In this document: piece after piece, positions 53,225 to 64,000 of the stretch
Layout of the letters: each line of letters starts with the position of its first letter
How positions within the stretch are numbered: the stretch's first letter is position 1
The notes under the pieces: generated by a model
What the model was told of the DNA's origin: nothing
The model's input: only the letters and a program-made list of their open reading frames with translations
The model's database searches: none
Program-made: the position numbers and the translations under genes
DNA from: Malacoraja senta
Taxonomy: Eukaryota
Length of the DNA: 64,000 nt
Assembly (NCBI GenBank): GCA_038087875.1
Contig: CM075994.1
Span: 3,598,001-3,662,000, forward strand
Reading direction: 5' to 3'

Positions 53225-54733
53225 GATAATAATAATAATAGATTTTATTTTAAGGGCGCCTAATACCGAGGTCTCCAGGACACCTTACAATTTAAGAAAC
53301 ATATAAACATATAAACATATAATGAGAGTAAAACAAGTTATAAAGACATCACAAATACACAAATTAAAAACAGAAATTCGATCCAAAAAAAGACAACAAC
53401 TAAATTCAGAAAACACAACAGGAAGGACATTATAGCCATAGAGGGAGTACAGAGAAGGTTCACCAGACTGATTCCTGGGATGTCGGGACTTTCATATGAA
53501 GAAAGACTGGATAGACTTGGCTTATACTCGCCAGAATTTAGGTGATTGAGAGGGGATCTTATAGAAACGTACAAAATTCTTATGGGGTTGGACAGGCTAG
53601 ATGCAGGAAGATTGTTCCCGATGTTGGGGAAGTCCAGGACAAGGGGTCACAGCTTAAGGATAAGGGGGGAATCCTTTAAGACCGAGATGAGAATTTTTTT
53701 TTCACACAGAGAGTGATGAATCTCTGGAACTCTCTGCCACAGAGGGTAGTTGAGGCCAGTTCATTGGCTATATTTAAGAGGGAGTTAGATGTGGCCCTTG
53801 TGGCTAAAGGGATCAGGGGGTATGGAGAGAAGGCAGGTACGGGATACTGAGTTGGATGATCAGCCATGATCATATTGAATGGCGGTGCAGGCTCGAAGGG
53901 CCGAATGGCCTACGCCTGCACCTATTTTCTATTTATCTATGTATCTATGAAGGGAGAGCAGCGGCAGCCAAACCGCGCCAGCGTACACTCTCCCTTCCGC
54001 CCGCCATGTTGGACATTGACTAACACAGACACTTAACATTACACAGAAAATCTCCCCCCCCCCACAATGGTTACCACTGTGGGGGGAGGCACAATGTCCA
54101 GTCCCCATCCCAGTTCTCCCCAGAGTCAGGCCCATCGAGGCCGCCACAGTTGCCTCAACGGAGGCCCGATGTTCCTGGCCGTCGGGAGAGTCCTCGCAGC
54201 GGCTGGAACTGCCGGTTTCCCAGCGGAGTCCATGGCGCCTGAAGCCGACACGGCCGCGCCGAGTTGGAGCCACGAGGCTCCCGATGTTAAAGTCGGCGCC
54301 GCCGCCCGCAGCTGGTCGCTCCGCAGCCCCGCAGCCCGGAGATGTTGATCTCGGCGGTCACCGCATACCGGAGCTCCAGCGCGTCGACCCAGCGCGGCGA
54401 CCCAGGCAAGGCATCGCCCGCTACGCTCCCCGATAGCGCTCCAGCGCTGTGCCGCTGACCGAAGCTGAAGGTGCTGGGCGGTCCCCGCCAGGAAACGGCG
54501 CTCCTTGCCCGCTGGTAGGCCACGAGGACGGGTAGACGAGGCAGCCCGGAGAAAAAGCTGCCTCACCGACCAGGTAGGGACCTAGAATAAAGTTATCCCC
54601 ACTCACCCTACACTTAGATGTAGATTTCTCCAGCACACTGGACAATAGATAGACTAACACTATTTAAAAAGGTGATTTAAACGGACGGCTGCTGGTTAGC
54701 AGCCGTTCCCCAACATGGCTCCTCCTCCTCCTA
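53225..54733 (-). mobile_element. GC-rich non-autonomous retroelement with an L2-like tail, interrupted by a CR1 at about 53420-53948 (+)
   Basis: Shares a hairpin and motifs with 36380-37278; 3' end reads tgtaaggtgtcc...aggcgcc...aataaaat(att)n. Confidence 0.6.
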
Positions 54734-55094
54734 CGAATTATTATTCGTCATCTTGAAAGAACCGGTCCGGCCAGCTCAAATCAGCGCCGAACATGCCTGA
54801 AACTATATTCTTTCTTTAATTCTCAATGTATAAGAATTTATTAGTCTATTGTTGTAACCTATTTCTTTCCAATTAGTCGAGAGGATCGCGAGAGTAAAAG
54901 GTAAACTAACATCAGATGTCTTTTCTTATATTACGTTTACATTCTGGTCTCTGATTAACTGACAAAAAGACCCCCGACAGTGTTCGAAGTACATGATGCT
55001 ACGGTTCAATTAAAATGCAGCATTGATACATTTTTATTGAAATCCGGCTACATCGGTGCGTTTAATTCTGCCTGGGCAGGCTACAACACGACGG

Positions 55095-55720
55095 TATGAG
55101 AATTGATATCATATAGAAGTTGGGAGGTCATGTTCTAGATGTATAAAACATTGGGGAGGCCGCATTTAGAGTATTGTGTTCAGTTCTGGGCACCATGTTA
55201 TGGGAAAGATGTTTTCCGGCTGGAAAGGGTACAGAGAAAAGTTACAAGGATTTTGTCAGGCCTTCACTGTCTGGTCTATAAGGAGATGTTGAGTTGGCTG
55301 GGACTGTATTCCTTGGGGCGCAGGGGGATGAGGGGTAATCTTATTGAGGCGTATGAAGTCATGAGACGAATAGATGGAGAATATGCTCTGTCTCTTGCCC
55401 AGAGTAGGCGAATCGAGAACCAGAGAACATGGTTTTAAAGGAGAAGGGGAAACTGTATAATAGGAATCTGAAGGGTAGCTTTTTCCACACAATGGGCGGT
55501 AGGTGTGTGGAACTATGCAACAAGCTGTCAAAGGAGGTAGTTGAGGCAGCGACTATCCCAACATTTAAGGAACAGTTGGAAAGGTACACGGATAGGACAG
55601 GTTTGCAAGATATGGACTAAATGCTGGCAGGGGGGACTCGTGTACCTGGGACATGTTGGCCGGTGTGGGCAAGTTGGGCGGAAGACCCTGTTTCCGCAAT
55701 GTATTACTCTATGACTCTGT
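55095..55720 (+). mobile_element. Older CR1 3' fragment
   Basis: MYKTLGRPHLEYCVQFWAPCY. Confidence 0.85.
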
Positions 55721-56439
55721 TATTTTATCTTAGGTTCTGGGTAACTCCAACTGCCCCCCCCCCCCAACCCACCGACCTCTCCGACTCTCTGTCTTGGCAG
55801 GTATACCTTGTTACCTTTCAAGTTAAAGATGTGCCCTTTTCTGTTCGACATCGACAACATGGGAAAAATACTTACTCTCCATCCTATCTAGCCTGCTCAC
55901 AAGTTGGGCAATGAGATGTTATGGAAAACCCACAATACCCTGAAACAACGATGACGAACACTCGATAATGGACCAGAGAAGGTTGAGACAGGTAGCTGAA
56001 TTTTGTTTCAAACATCTGTCACTGGCATGAATCGGGTAGCTAGGAAATGTAGGATTGGAGATCCCAACCACCGTGCAGCCAGGGAAAAGTCACCATACTG
56101 AACTAATGATGGACGGCAGACAACATGTCGTTCAAGAGGAATTTCCACCAAAGCTTGTTTTCGTTTTTCTTCAGGAAAACATGTGTCAGAATCATTGCAC
56201 ATAGTAACGGAATTGTCCATAAATATGAGCGAGATCAGTTTTGGTTTTCTTTAAACGAAAGATCTATTACATTCACGCGAAGACAGGAAAAAGCAGATAT
56301 AAACAGAAGGAAAAGGTTAATTACATGTATGCACATTTCCGCTACCTACGAGCCCAGGAATAACCAAGGAGTAAAACAGAGGAAATAAGTTACCTGATAT
56401 TCTTAATTCTACATTGAGTCCTGAAGACTGCAACTTTCC

Positions 56440-57025
56440 CAAATGGATTCAGCTGAGATGAGGATCTGTTCCTCGGCACATGATTCTCCGACAATTCTAC
56501 CGTCTTCATGGGAATCACACCACCAATCGCATCTTCCCAACTACACATCTTTTTACTTTCCACAGGGACTGCTCATTTTACAAACCATTCATTCATTTAT
56601 TCCTTCCCAATCAAACCATCCCCTCCGCAGGTACTTTCCACTGCAACCGCAGCGGATGTAACACCTTCCCTCACGTCCGTCCAGGGATCTCAGCAGCACA
56701 TCGAGTATTGAGAGAGGTTCATATCCACGTCATCTAACCTCATCTGCTGCATCCGTTGATCCGGATATGCTTCCCTTCCCATCTGCTTGACCATGCTTAG
56801 ACTAAATGAATGCTCCGCCGAACACTTGCTGTCGGTGTGTTGGATCTCGTGATGGAAAACAATTGAACTGCCCTTTCCCTTCGCATACTGACGTTATCGG
56901 CCTGGGGCTTCTCCTTTACCAGACTGATGCCACACATTAAGCGGAGGAACAATACCTCTTTTTCTGCTTGGGTAGCTCACAACCAAACGGTGAGAACATT
57001 GAATTCTCTACTTTTAGGTAACTAA
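56440..57025 (+). mobile_element. Decayed Penelope 3' fragment
   Basis: Alignable by eye to the GIY-YIG region at 8490-9065. Confidence 0.7.
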
Positions 57026-58807
57026 CCAATAATAATCATTTGCCCATTCTGCTTTGACGGAGATGGAAGTGGATGAGGGATTCGAGAAGAGATGGTCCTT
57101 TAGAATGCTGAAACTGGAATATGCAGCAGGTGAAGGCATTCTAAGCGGTCTTGACATGAACTATGCACAAATGGAAAATGTGAGTGAGGTTTAATCGGAA
57201 GAAGCAATTCCCTGTGTCAGAATGGTCAGTAAAGGAATATGAAATATTTCACGACTATAATGACATTTTCTGTGACATCAATCGTTTTTAAATATGTGAA
57301 TTATATTGCAATTAAGAACTACGTTGGGCAAGTGAGGCATTGTTTAACTGCACAGAGAGATTAGCAATATCAAAAACTTAAAGGGACGCGTCAGGTTGAA
57401 TTATGGATATGTCACATCCTGGGTCAATATTCTTCTTAGCAGACCCATAATACATCGGCTGATGGTTATGCAATCTTTCCATAAATCTGCTCCATTTATT
57501 TGAATGAAATAAATGGAAGACCGGAGGTAAAACGGCAAGCGATTGGATAGGCCACTTTATAAGATGTCTGCAGCTATTTTCTGGCCTCCGACCTACAGGC
57601 AACGATAACTCCTCTTATAGTTGTGACCTTTTAAGAGTGCGAACGAAAAACTGAGGTTTGTGTATGCAATGAATTTACGCACGATTCTTTAAATTAAACG
57701 TGCTGACAAAGTTATGAAAATATAAAATGCATCAATGCATTTCATATATTTATGTTTTATTATTTTAACATTTACTTTCCTTATCCTCCCCACCCCAGCA
57801 TTAGAGAAAGAACTCAATACGTCAAGTGAGTAACAGAAGATAAGTATCACGCGAGCAGTAAGTCAATCCAGGACACCCAATGCAAGGTAAACTCAGGCAG
57901 CATCTCTGGAGAACATAGAGTCATAGAGCGATACAATGTGGAAACAGGCCAGTCGGCCCCACTTGCCCACACCGGCCAACATGTCCCAGCTACAATACTC
58001 CCACCTGCTCGCGTTTGGTCCATATACATTCAAACCATGAGGCCGAGGTCTCGACCCGAAACGTCGCCTATCCGTGTTCTCCAGAGATGCTGCCTGTCCT
58101 GGTGAGTTACTCCAGCACTTTGTGTCCTTTTGTGTATTCACCAGCATCTGAAGTGCATTGTTTCTACTAAATCAGGCCTAGATCTCGAACACTACTACCG
58201 TGGACGACGCTTTGTGGCAACGAACTTTAGTTGTCACTTGCCTCCAAACGTTCAGGAAGTATCACTGCCTCTCTGATCATCCAGCGAGCAGAAGTCGTTG
58301 AGCTACAAACGTGGGTCCCATTTAATGATCCGAAGCCTCGCCTCCCACCCCTACCCCCGAAGGACTCATGGTCTCCGGGACCTTTCTACAGTATTTGAAT
58401 GTATGTGATAATCAGAGACTTTCCCAAACAGTTTAAGTGCATTAAGCAAATCATGTTGGTGCATTAATGTGCATTAAACAAAAAACAACATTTCACAAAT
58501 AGATAAAAAATAAATAAAGTGTTATTCAGTGAAATTGATTTAAATTAATTAAATTAACTAAATTAATTACGTTAATTACATTATTTAAAATAAAATAACA
58601 GCGAACAACTTATATTGACTGTCGTTGACTTCGTCTTTCAGCATACTATGACCAGGTTAGATCCTTTGGTGCAGATGTGGGGATTCCACTTCCCTCCGCA
58701 GATGCTGCCTGACCCGATGAATTTCTCCAGCAATTTGTTGTCTTATGTTGAAGACAATTCAGCTGTTGTTAGCATAGAGCTGTGGGCCAGATAAAATATT
58801 TTTTCTT

Positions 58808-59255
58808 TTAGTTTATTGTCACATGCAGCGAGGTACGGTGAAACGCTTTTTATTTGTTGCGTGCTATCCAATCAGCAGAACGACTATAGATGATTACAAT
58901 TACGGTGCCCACAGTACACGAATGCAGGGCAAAGGGAATGACGTTTAGTGCAAGATAAAGTCCAGAACAGTCCGATTAAAGATAGTCCAGGGCGTTGTCC
59001 GATGAATTCGTTGGTAGCTCAGAATCGCTCTTTATTTGGTGATAAGATGTTCAGTTGCATGAATACTGCTGAGAAATAACTGTCCCTGAATCTGTCAGTT
59101 TTCACATGTCTGTACCTCTTACCAGATGGGAGAGGAGAGAAGAATGAGTGACCAGGGTGAGATAATGCTGGTGACCTTGCCGAGGCAGTGTGAAGTGTAG
59201 AGGAAGTCAATGGAAGTCGATTGGCGTGATGGCCTGGTCTGTGTTTCCACAATTC
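58808..59255 (-). mobile_element. Rex1/Babar 3' fragment
   Basis: SHPGHSFFSPLPSGKRYR...TDRFRDSYF. Confidence 0.8.
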
Positions 59256-60479
59256 TTTAAAATTTATTCGACACCCGCGGCTGCTTTTCGCTAGGAACCG
59301 CCCCTCGCTCTTTGCCGCGTGCAGCCGCGAAGCGAGAGGTCCCTTGCGCCCTTCTCTGATCTCCAGCCTGTTCCCTGCTTCCGTACGAGAGTGTGAAAGG
59401 GAAACAAAACAGGTAAAAAGAGCTTAGCGGGCCAAAGAGAATGTATGGAATCAGAAACGCTATGAACAAAAATGTCCTGATGCAGAATTTAGATCCGAGA
59501 CGGCGACATATCAATTTTGATTCCATAGACGATTAATGACCCGTTGAGTCCTTCCAGATTATTGTTTGCTCGGTGTTCCGGCACTTGCAACTACTTGTTC
59601 CACCGACGTCGCGAGAGCACAGCCGGGGAACCACCAGCATGAGCTGGATCGATATTCATTCTCTCAATCTGTGCAAATCACCATTTTTTGTTCTTCCGCC
59701 AATAATGGTAGCCAAGTCGCTTACCAACATGTCTTTAGGGTGTGGCAGGAAACCAGAACGTCAGGGGAAACCCACACAGTCACATGAGGGACATGCAATT
59801 GATGCACTGAAAGTCTGTATGAAGAATGCGTACAGGGTAAAGCACACAAAAATAGCTCTGTGTTTCAATTGCAGACGCACAGTTACAAGCCAAAAGAAAA
59901 GGGTAAGGTCAATGCACATGGACACTTAATTCTACACGGATTGGAAACATCGCCTCCTTTCCCCGGGAAATTAATGACAGTTTTTTGTTGTTGTTTCGAG
60001 AAAGCGAATTAAGTTAAACAACGGACGTATAGATAATTTTTATTACACAATTCGTAGGTACTCCCGTGAGTCTAGTTATCTGGGTGTCTAAAACCGATGC
60101 CACTTTCGGTTTGGCTATCTGTCTGACGACTTGTTAATATATTTATATCTCCCTCCGTTTATGAACTTGGACCAGCGATGAGAACTGTTACAAGAGCAAT
60201 TTGCAACGTTTACAGCTTCGAGGAGAGGGGTAGGGAGTAGGGTTGCAGAACTTGATCAGAAGAAGAGGCAAGTTCAAAATTAATTGACGAGAGAAGGGGG
60301 AAGACATCAAAGAAAGAGTCTGGTCGTTACCAAAACCATATTACGGAAAGATAGAGGGACAGTGGTTTTGACCTGAAGTTGTTAAATTATGTAACGATTA
60401 AATCCATTACAGGCCTCGGAAGTCACTGAGCTATCTTGACTTCCTTCTCTCCCAGCAAGGACTGTATCATATTTCGTAT

Positions 60480-60745
60480 AGTTTAGTTTAGTGCAGTGAT
60501 ACAACGTGGAAACAGGCCACGCCGACCACCGATCTATCGTTCACTCAAGTTCTGTGTCCAACACCTGAGGGGCAATTAACACAAGCCAATCAACCAACAA
60601 AATCTGCACGTCTTTGAAGTGTGGGAGGAAACCTGAGCACCCGGAGAAAACGGAAATGCTCACAGAGAGAACGTACCAACTCCGGACAGACAGCACAGCG
60701 AATCCTTAATCGAACCCATTCTCTGCCGCTCTGCCGCTACCCCAC
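60480..60745 (-). mobile_element. HE1-like V-SINE (tRNA-derived); a smaller fragment lies at about 59715-59785
   Basis: V-domain tgtgggaggaaacctgagcacccggagaaaa, B-box-like atcgaaccc, (CTAAA)n tail. Confidence 0.75.
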
Positions 60746-62074
60746 TCTATTGCCCTCATTATCACTGTTCCGCCGTTTAATTCGGATCCAATGACGTGAA
60801 ATTGCACACGCATGCTTTTAGTATGTCTTCTTAAATGTATTGATATATGTATTTCTATATGTTATATATATATATCCATGTGTGGTCCTTCTTCGAAGGA
60901 AGTGATTTGCGTCTACCATTATCGAAAGAGCCCAGAGTACAATTTTTTTGGAGTATCAATATTTTCAATTGTTTCTGCGAGTAAAAATAAAGCTTCACCG
61001 CAGCATCGCGAACTCTCAGAATTCATATATATATTTCCCATTGCTTCTCTCTGCTCTCAGTCTCTCATTTATTTATAGACATAAGTCTTCAGGGTTTCAT
61101 AATAACCTTCTCCGCCCCAACATCTGTCGACCTTTGGCATCAAAGAGTAACCTTGTCCAATCTGGTCAATGCTCTAGTCCTGTGAGAATGAAACGCGGAT
61201 CGTCGGGTGCGTATCTGTGGGCCCTTCTTAGGGCCCTCAGGTGCGTGCCCGAAGAAGGAGAACCCATTCAGTCAGGGACGATTTAAACACGGAGTTGGTG
61301 GAATTCTAAAATGGCGAGCATGGTGGAGAGAATGTCAACAATAGTGCTGGAGTAACTCGGCGGGTCAGCCAGCATCGCTTGAGGACATGGATGAACATCT
61401 CTGGAGAAAAGAGAATGTGCAATAGGTCTGGCAGCATCTACCGCTAGGAGGCACAAGCAGGGTACCCTATCCTAAATGTTATCCTTACTTAGTCATTCTC
61501 TTGTCGTGTTTTCCAGAATTACAGTCAATGAGCAAATTGCTGCAAGCATCAGGTAACAAGATAAGAACGGTTGGAACCGCAATTATATTTAATAGCTGAG
61601 CTCATGGTATCGGTTTTGCTTTATTATTATATTGCTTTTGCCAAAAAATAACATTTAAACAGCATTATTTGTGTTTGTTTTCATGCCAGACCGAATGTTA
61701 TCTCAGAAAGAAAATGGTAAATGCGTGAGCAATTTTAATCACTTTCCATTCAATATTGATCAGCGATTTGATATTGCAGCTGTTTATATTCTGTGTCGAT
61801 CGGACCCACCGTTCCATAATATTCAAAAAAATATTGTCCCATGTTTAGAACTAGGCGACAAATGTAAAAGCAGTGGTGAGTAGAAAGGTAGTTTTACAAA
61901 CATGCATGGTGAAAATTCCTGTTGTTCTATAGAATCGAGATTTCGGTTGGGTAAGGTTGTTTTCCTTTCATGTATTGTACAACCATTTTGTTTTCCCACC
62001 TGAGCAATGATGTGCCTACCTTTCCATCATTGCAGCCCAGATTCACTGAAGATCCCTCTCATGAGAGTTTTGTG

Positions 62075-62920
62075 CATGAAAATGTAATTAAGCTGGAGAG
62101 GGTGCAGAAAAGAATCACGTGGATGTTGCTGGGACTGACGGGATTGAGTTATGAGGAGACTGAATAGGCTGGGACTGTATTTCCTGGAACAAACGAGGCC
62201 GAGCATCATTTATAAACACAAGATAAGATGGATTGCCATTGTCCTTTCCGCCGGACACGGGGGTCTAAAGCTAAAATACATACCTTTTGTTTGAGATGGC
62301 AACACTTTAAAGGGGACACGAGGGCCAAGTTTTTTCACACAGACTATGGATGCATTTGAAACAACCAGCCAGGGTACGTAGTAGAGGTGAGTACAGTTAC
62401 AATGTTTGAACGACATTTAGACAGGTACCTGAATAGGGAAGGTTTAGGCGGCTAGTTCATCAGTTCCTAAGTTTTTGGAGTAGAATTGGGTTATTCGGTG
62501 CATCATTTCCACTCCGCCATTCAATCCAGGGTGGTCTATCTTTTCCTCTCAACTCCATTCTCCTCCCTTCTCCCCAGAAGCATTGACTCCATAAATAAAT
62601 TAATAATCTGCAATTTCTTCATTAAAAAATTCCATTGACTAGGTATCGACAGCCGTCTGTGGCAATGAATTCCACAGATTCGCCACCCTCTGGCAAAATA
62701 AATTCCTCCTCATGATGTTTCTAAGGTGCACACTTGTATTCTGAGGCTAGACTCGCCCACTAATGGAAACTTCCTCTCCGTATCCAATGAATCCAGGCCT
62801 TTCATTATTCAATGAGTTTAGACAAAAGACAATAGACAATGGGTGCAGAAGTAGGCCATTCGTTCCTTCGAGGCAGCACCGCCATTCAATGTGATCATAG
62901 CTGATCATCCACAATCAAAC
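62075..62920. mobile_element. Cluster of old CR1 3' fragments in both orientations
   Basis: IKLERVQKRITWMLLGL on +; two minus-strand tails. Confidence 0.75.
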
Positions 62921-62924
62921 CATA

Positions 62925-64000
62925 TAGGCCAACGTCAGGCAACGCCATTGTAGTTGGAGACTCCATTGTGAGAGGTACGGACAAGGGTTTCTGCGGCAAC
63001 AGACGGGATTCGAGGATGGTGTGCTGCCTTCCTGGTGCCAGGATCCAGGATGCCACGGACAGAGTGCAGAAAATCCTCAAGGGCGAAGGTGAACAGCCAG
63101 AAGTGGTAGTGCATGTCGGCACAAACGATGTCGGAAAGAAGGGGATGAATATTCTGCAGAGTGACTATAGAGAGCTCGGAAAAATGCTGACAAGCAGGAC
63201 CTCCAGGTTTGTTATCTCCGGTTTGCTTCCAGTTCCTCGTGCTGGCGAGAGCAGGAACAGGGAAATACGAGACCTGAATGTGTGGCTGAGGAACTGGTGC
63301 AGGGGGCAGGGATTTAGATTCTTAGACCAATGGGATCTGTTTTGGAGTAAGGGGCAACTGTACAAATGGGGCGGATTGCATTTCAACAGGTGGGGGACCA
63401 TCATTCTGGCAGGCAGGTTTGCCACTGCCACACGGGTGATTTTAAACTGAATAAGGGGGGATGGGTGTCAAATGGGATAGTCGAGGAATGAGTTAAAGGG
63501 AAAGGGAGTAAAGTGATGGTTAATGACCCCAGAATTAACGGGAAAGGAAGCTCACAAAGGGATAGGAGAGTACGGCCAAGTGTAATAGGGATCGATGTGA
63601 AAGGTGAGATGCGTAAAGAATTAAAGTTATTGTATATGAATGCGCGGAATAAGAAGTAAAGTAGATGAGCTTGAGGCTCAGTTAGAGGTTGGTAGATATG
63701 ATATTGTGGGGATTACTGAGACATGGCTGCAGGAGGATCGGACATGGGAACTTAATATTCAGGGTTATACATCCTATAGGGGGTGGGGGTAGATCTGCTG
63801 GTGAGGGATGGAATTCAGTCCCTTGCGAGGGAAGACATATGGACTGACGAGGTAGAGTAACTGTGGATTGAGTTGAGGAATTGTAAAGGCAAGAAGACAC
63901 TAATTGGTGTTATTTACAGACCCCCAAATAGTAGCCCGGATGTAGGGTGTAAGTTGCAGCAGCAGTTAAAACTGGCATGTAACAAAGGTAATGCCACTGT
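62925..64000 (+). mobile_element. CR1 LINE: ORF1 SGNH esterase domain and start of ORF2 APE (runs off the window)
   Basis: IVVGDSIVRG, CLPGARIQD, VHVGTND, LHFN; ORF2 LYMNAR...DIVGITETWL with frameshifts; homologous to about 50140-50690. Confidence 0.92.

Noticed and set aside
55980..61290. Short ORFs in unique segments (56008-56388, 57378-57602, 60948-61286)
   Set aside because: No domain similarity or consistent exon chain

Overview
Eukaryotic, repeat-dominated vertebrate DNA. The repeat complement (HE1-like V-SINE, HER1/CR1 LINEs with (TTCTATGT)n tails, Penelope pLTR derivatives) suggests a cartilaginous fish such as a skate or ray; this is inference. The only recognisable host gene is the 5' part of an RBM4/lark gene on the minus strand: CpG promoter at about 6230-6495, coding exons 6107-6003 and 377-72, with an apparent 1-bp frameshift. 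Most of the rest is nested transposons: a decayed hAT transposase gene with at least 6 spliceosomal introns (15831-12029), a non-autonomous hAT sharing its probable terminus and carrying a 5-bp TSD inside the RBM4 intron (1032-3711), a CGGBP1-like hAT remnant, two L1 families whose long inter-ORF spacers share covarying RNA stems, a BEL/Pao element, two Gypsy elements (one with both LTRs), many CR1/Rex1/Penelope fragments, many minimal hammerhead-ribozyme motifs (some in palindromic insertions), and a GC-rich non-autonomous retroelement family that appears to use different LINE tails. Coordinates were read by eye; repeat boundaries are approximate.
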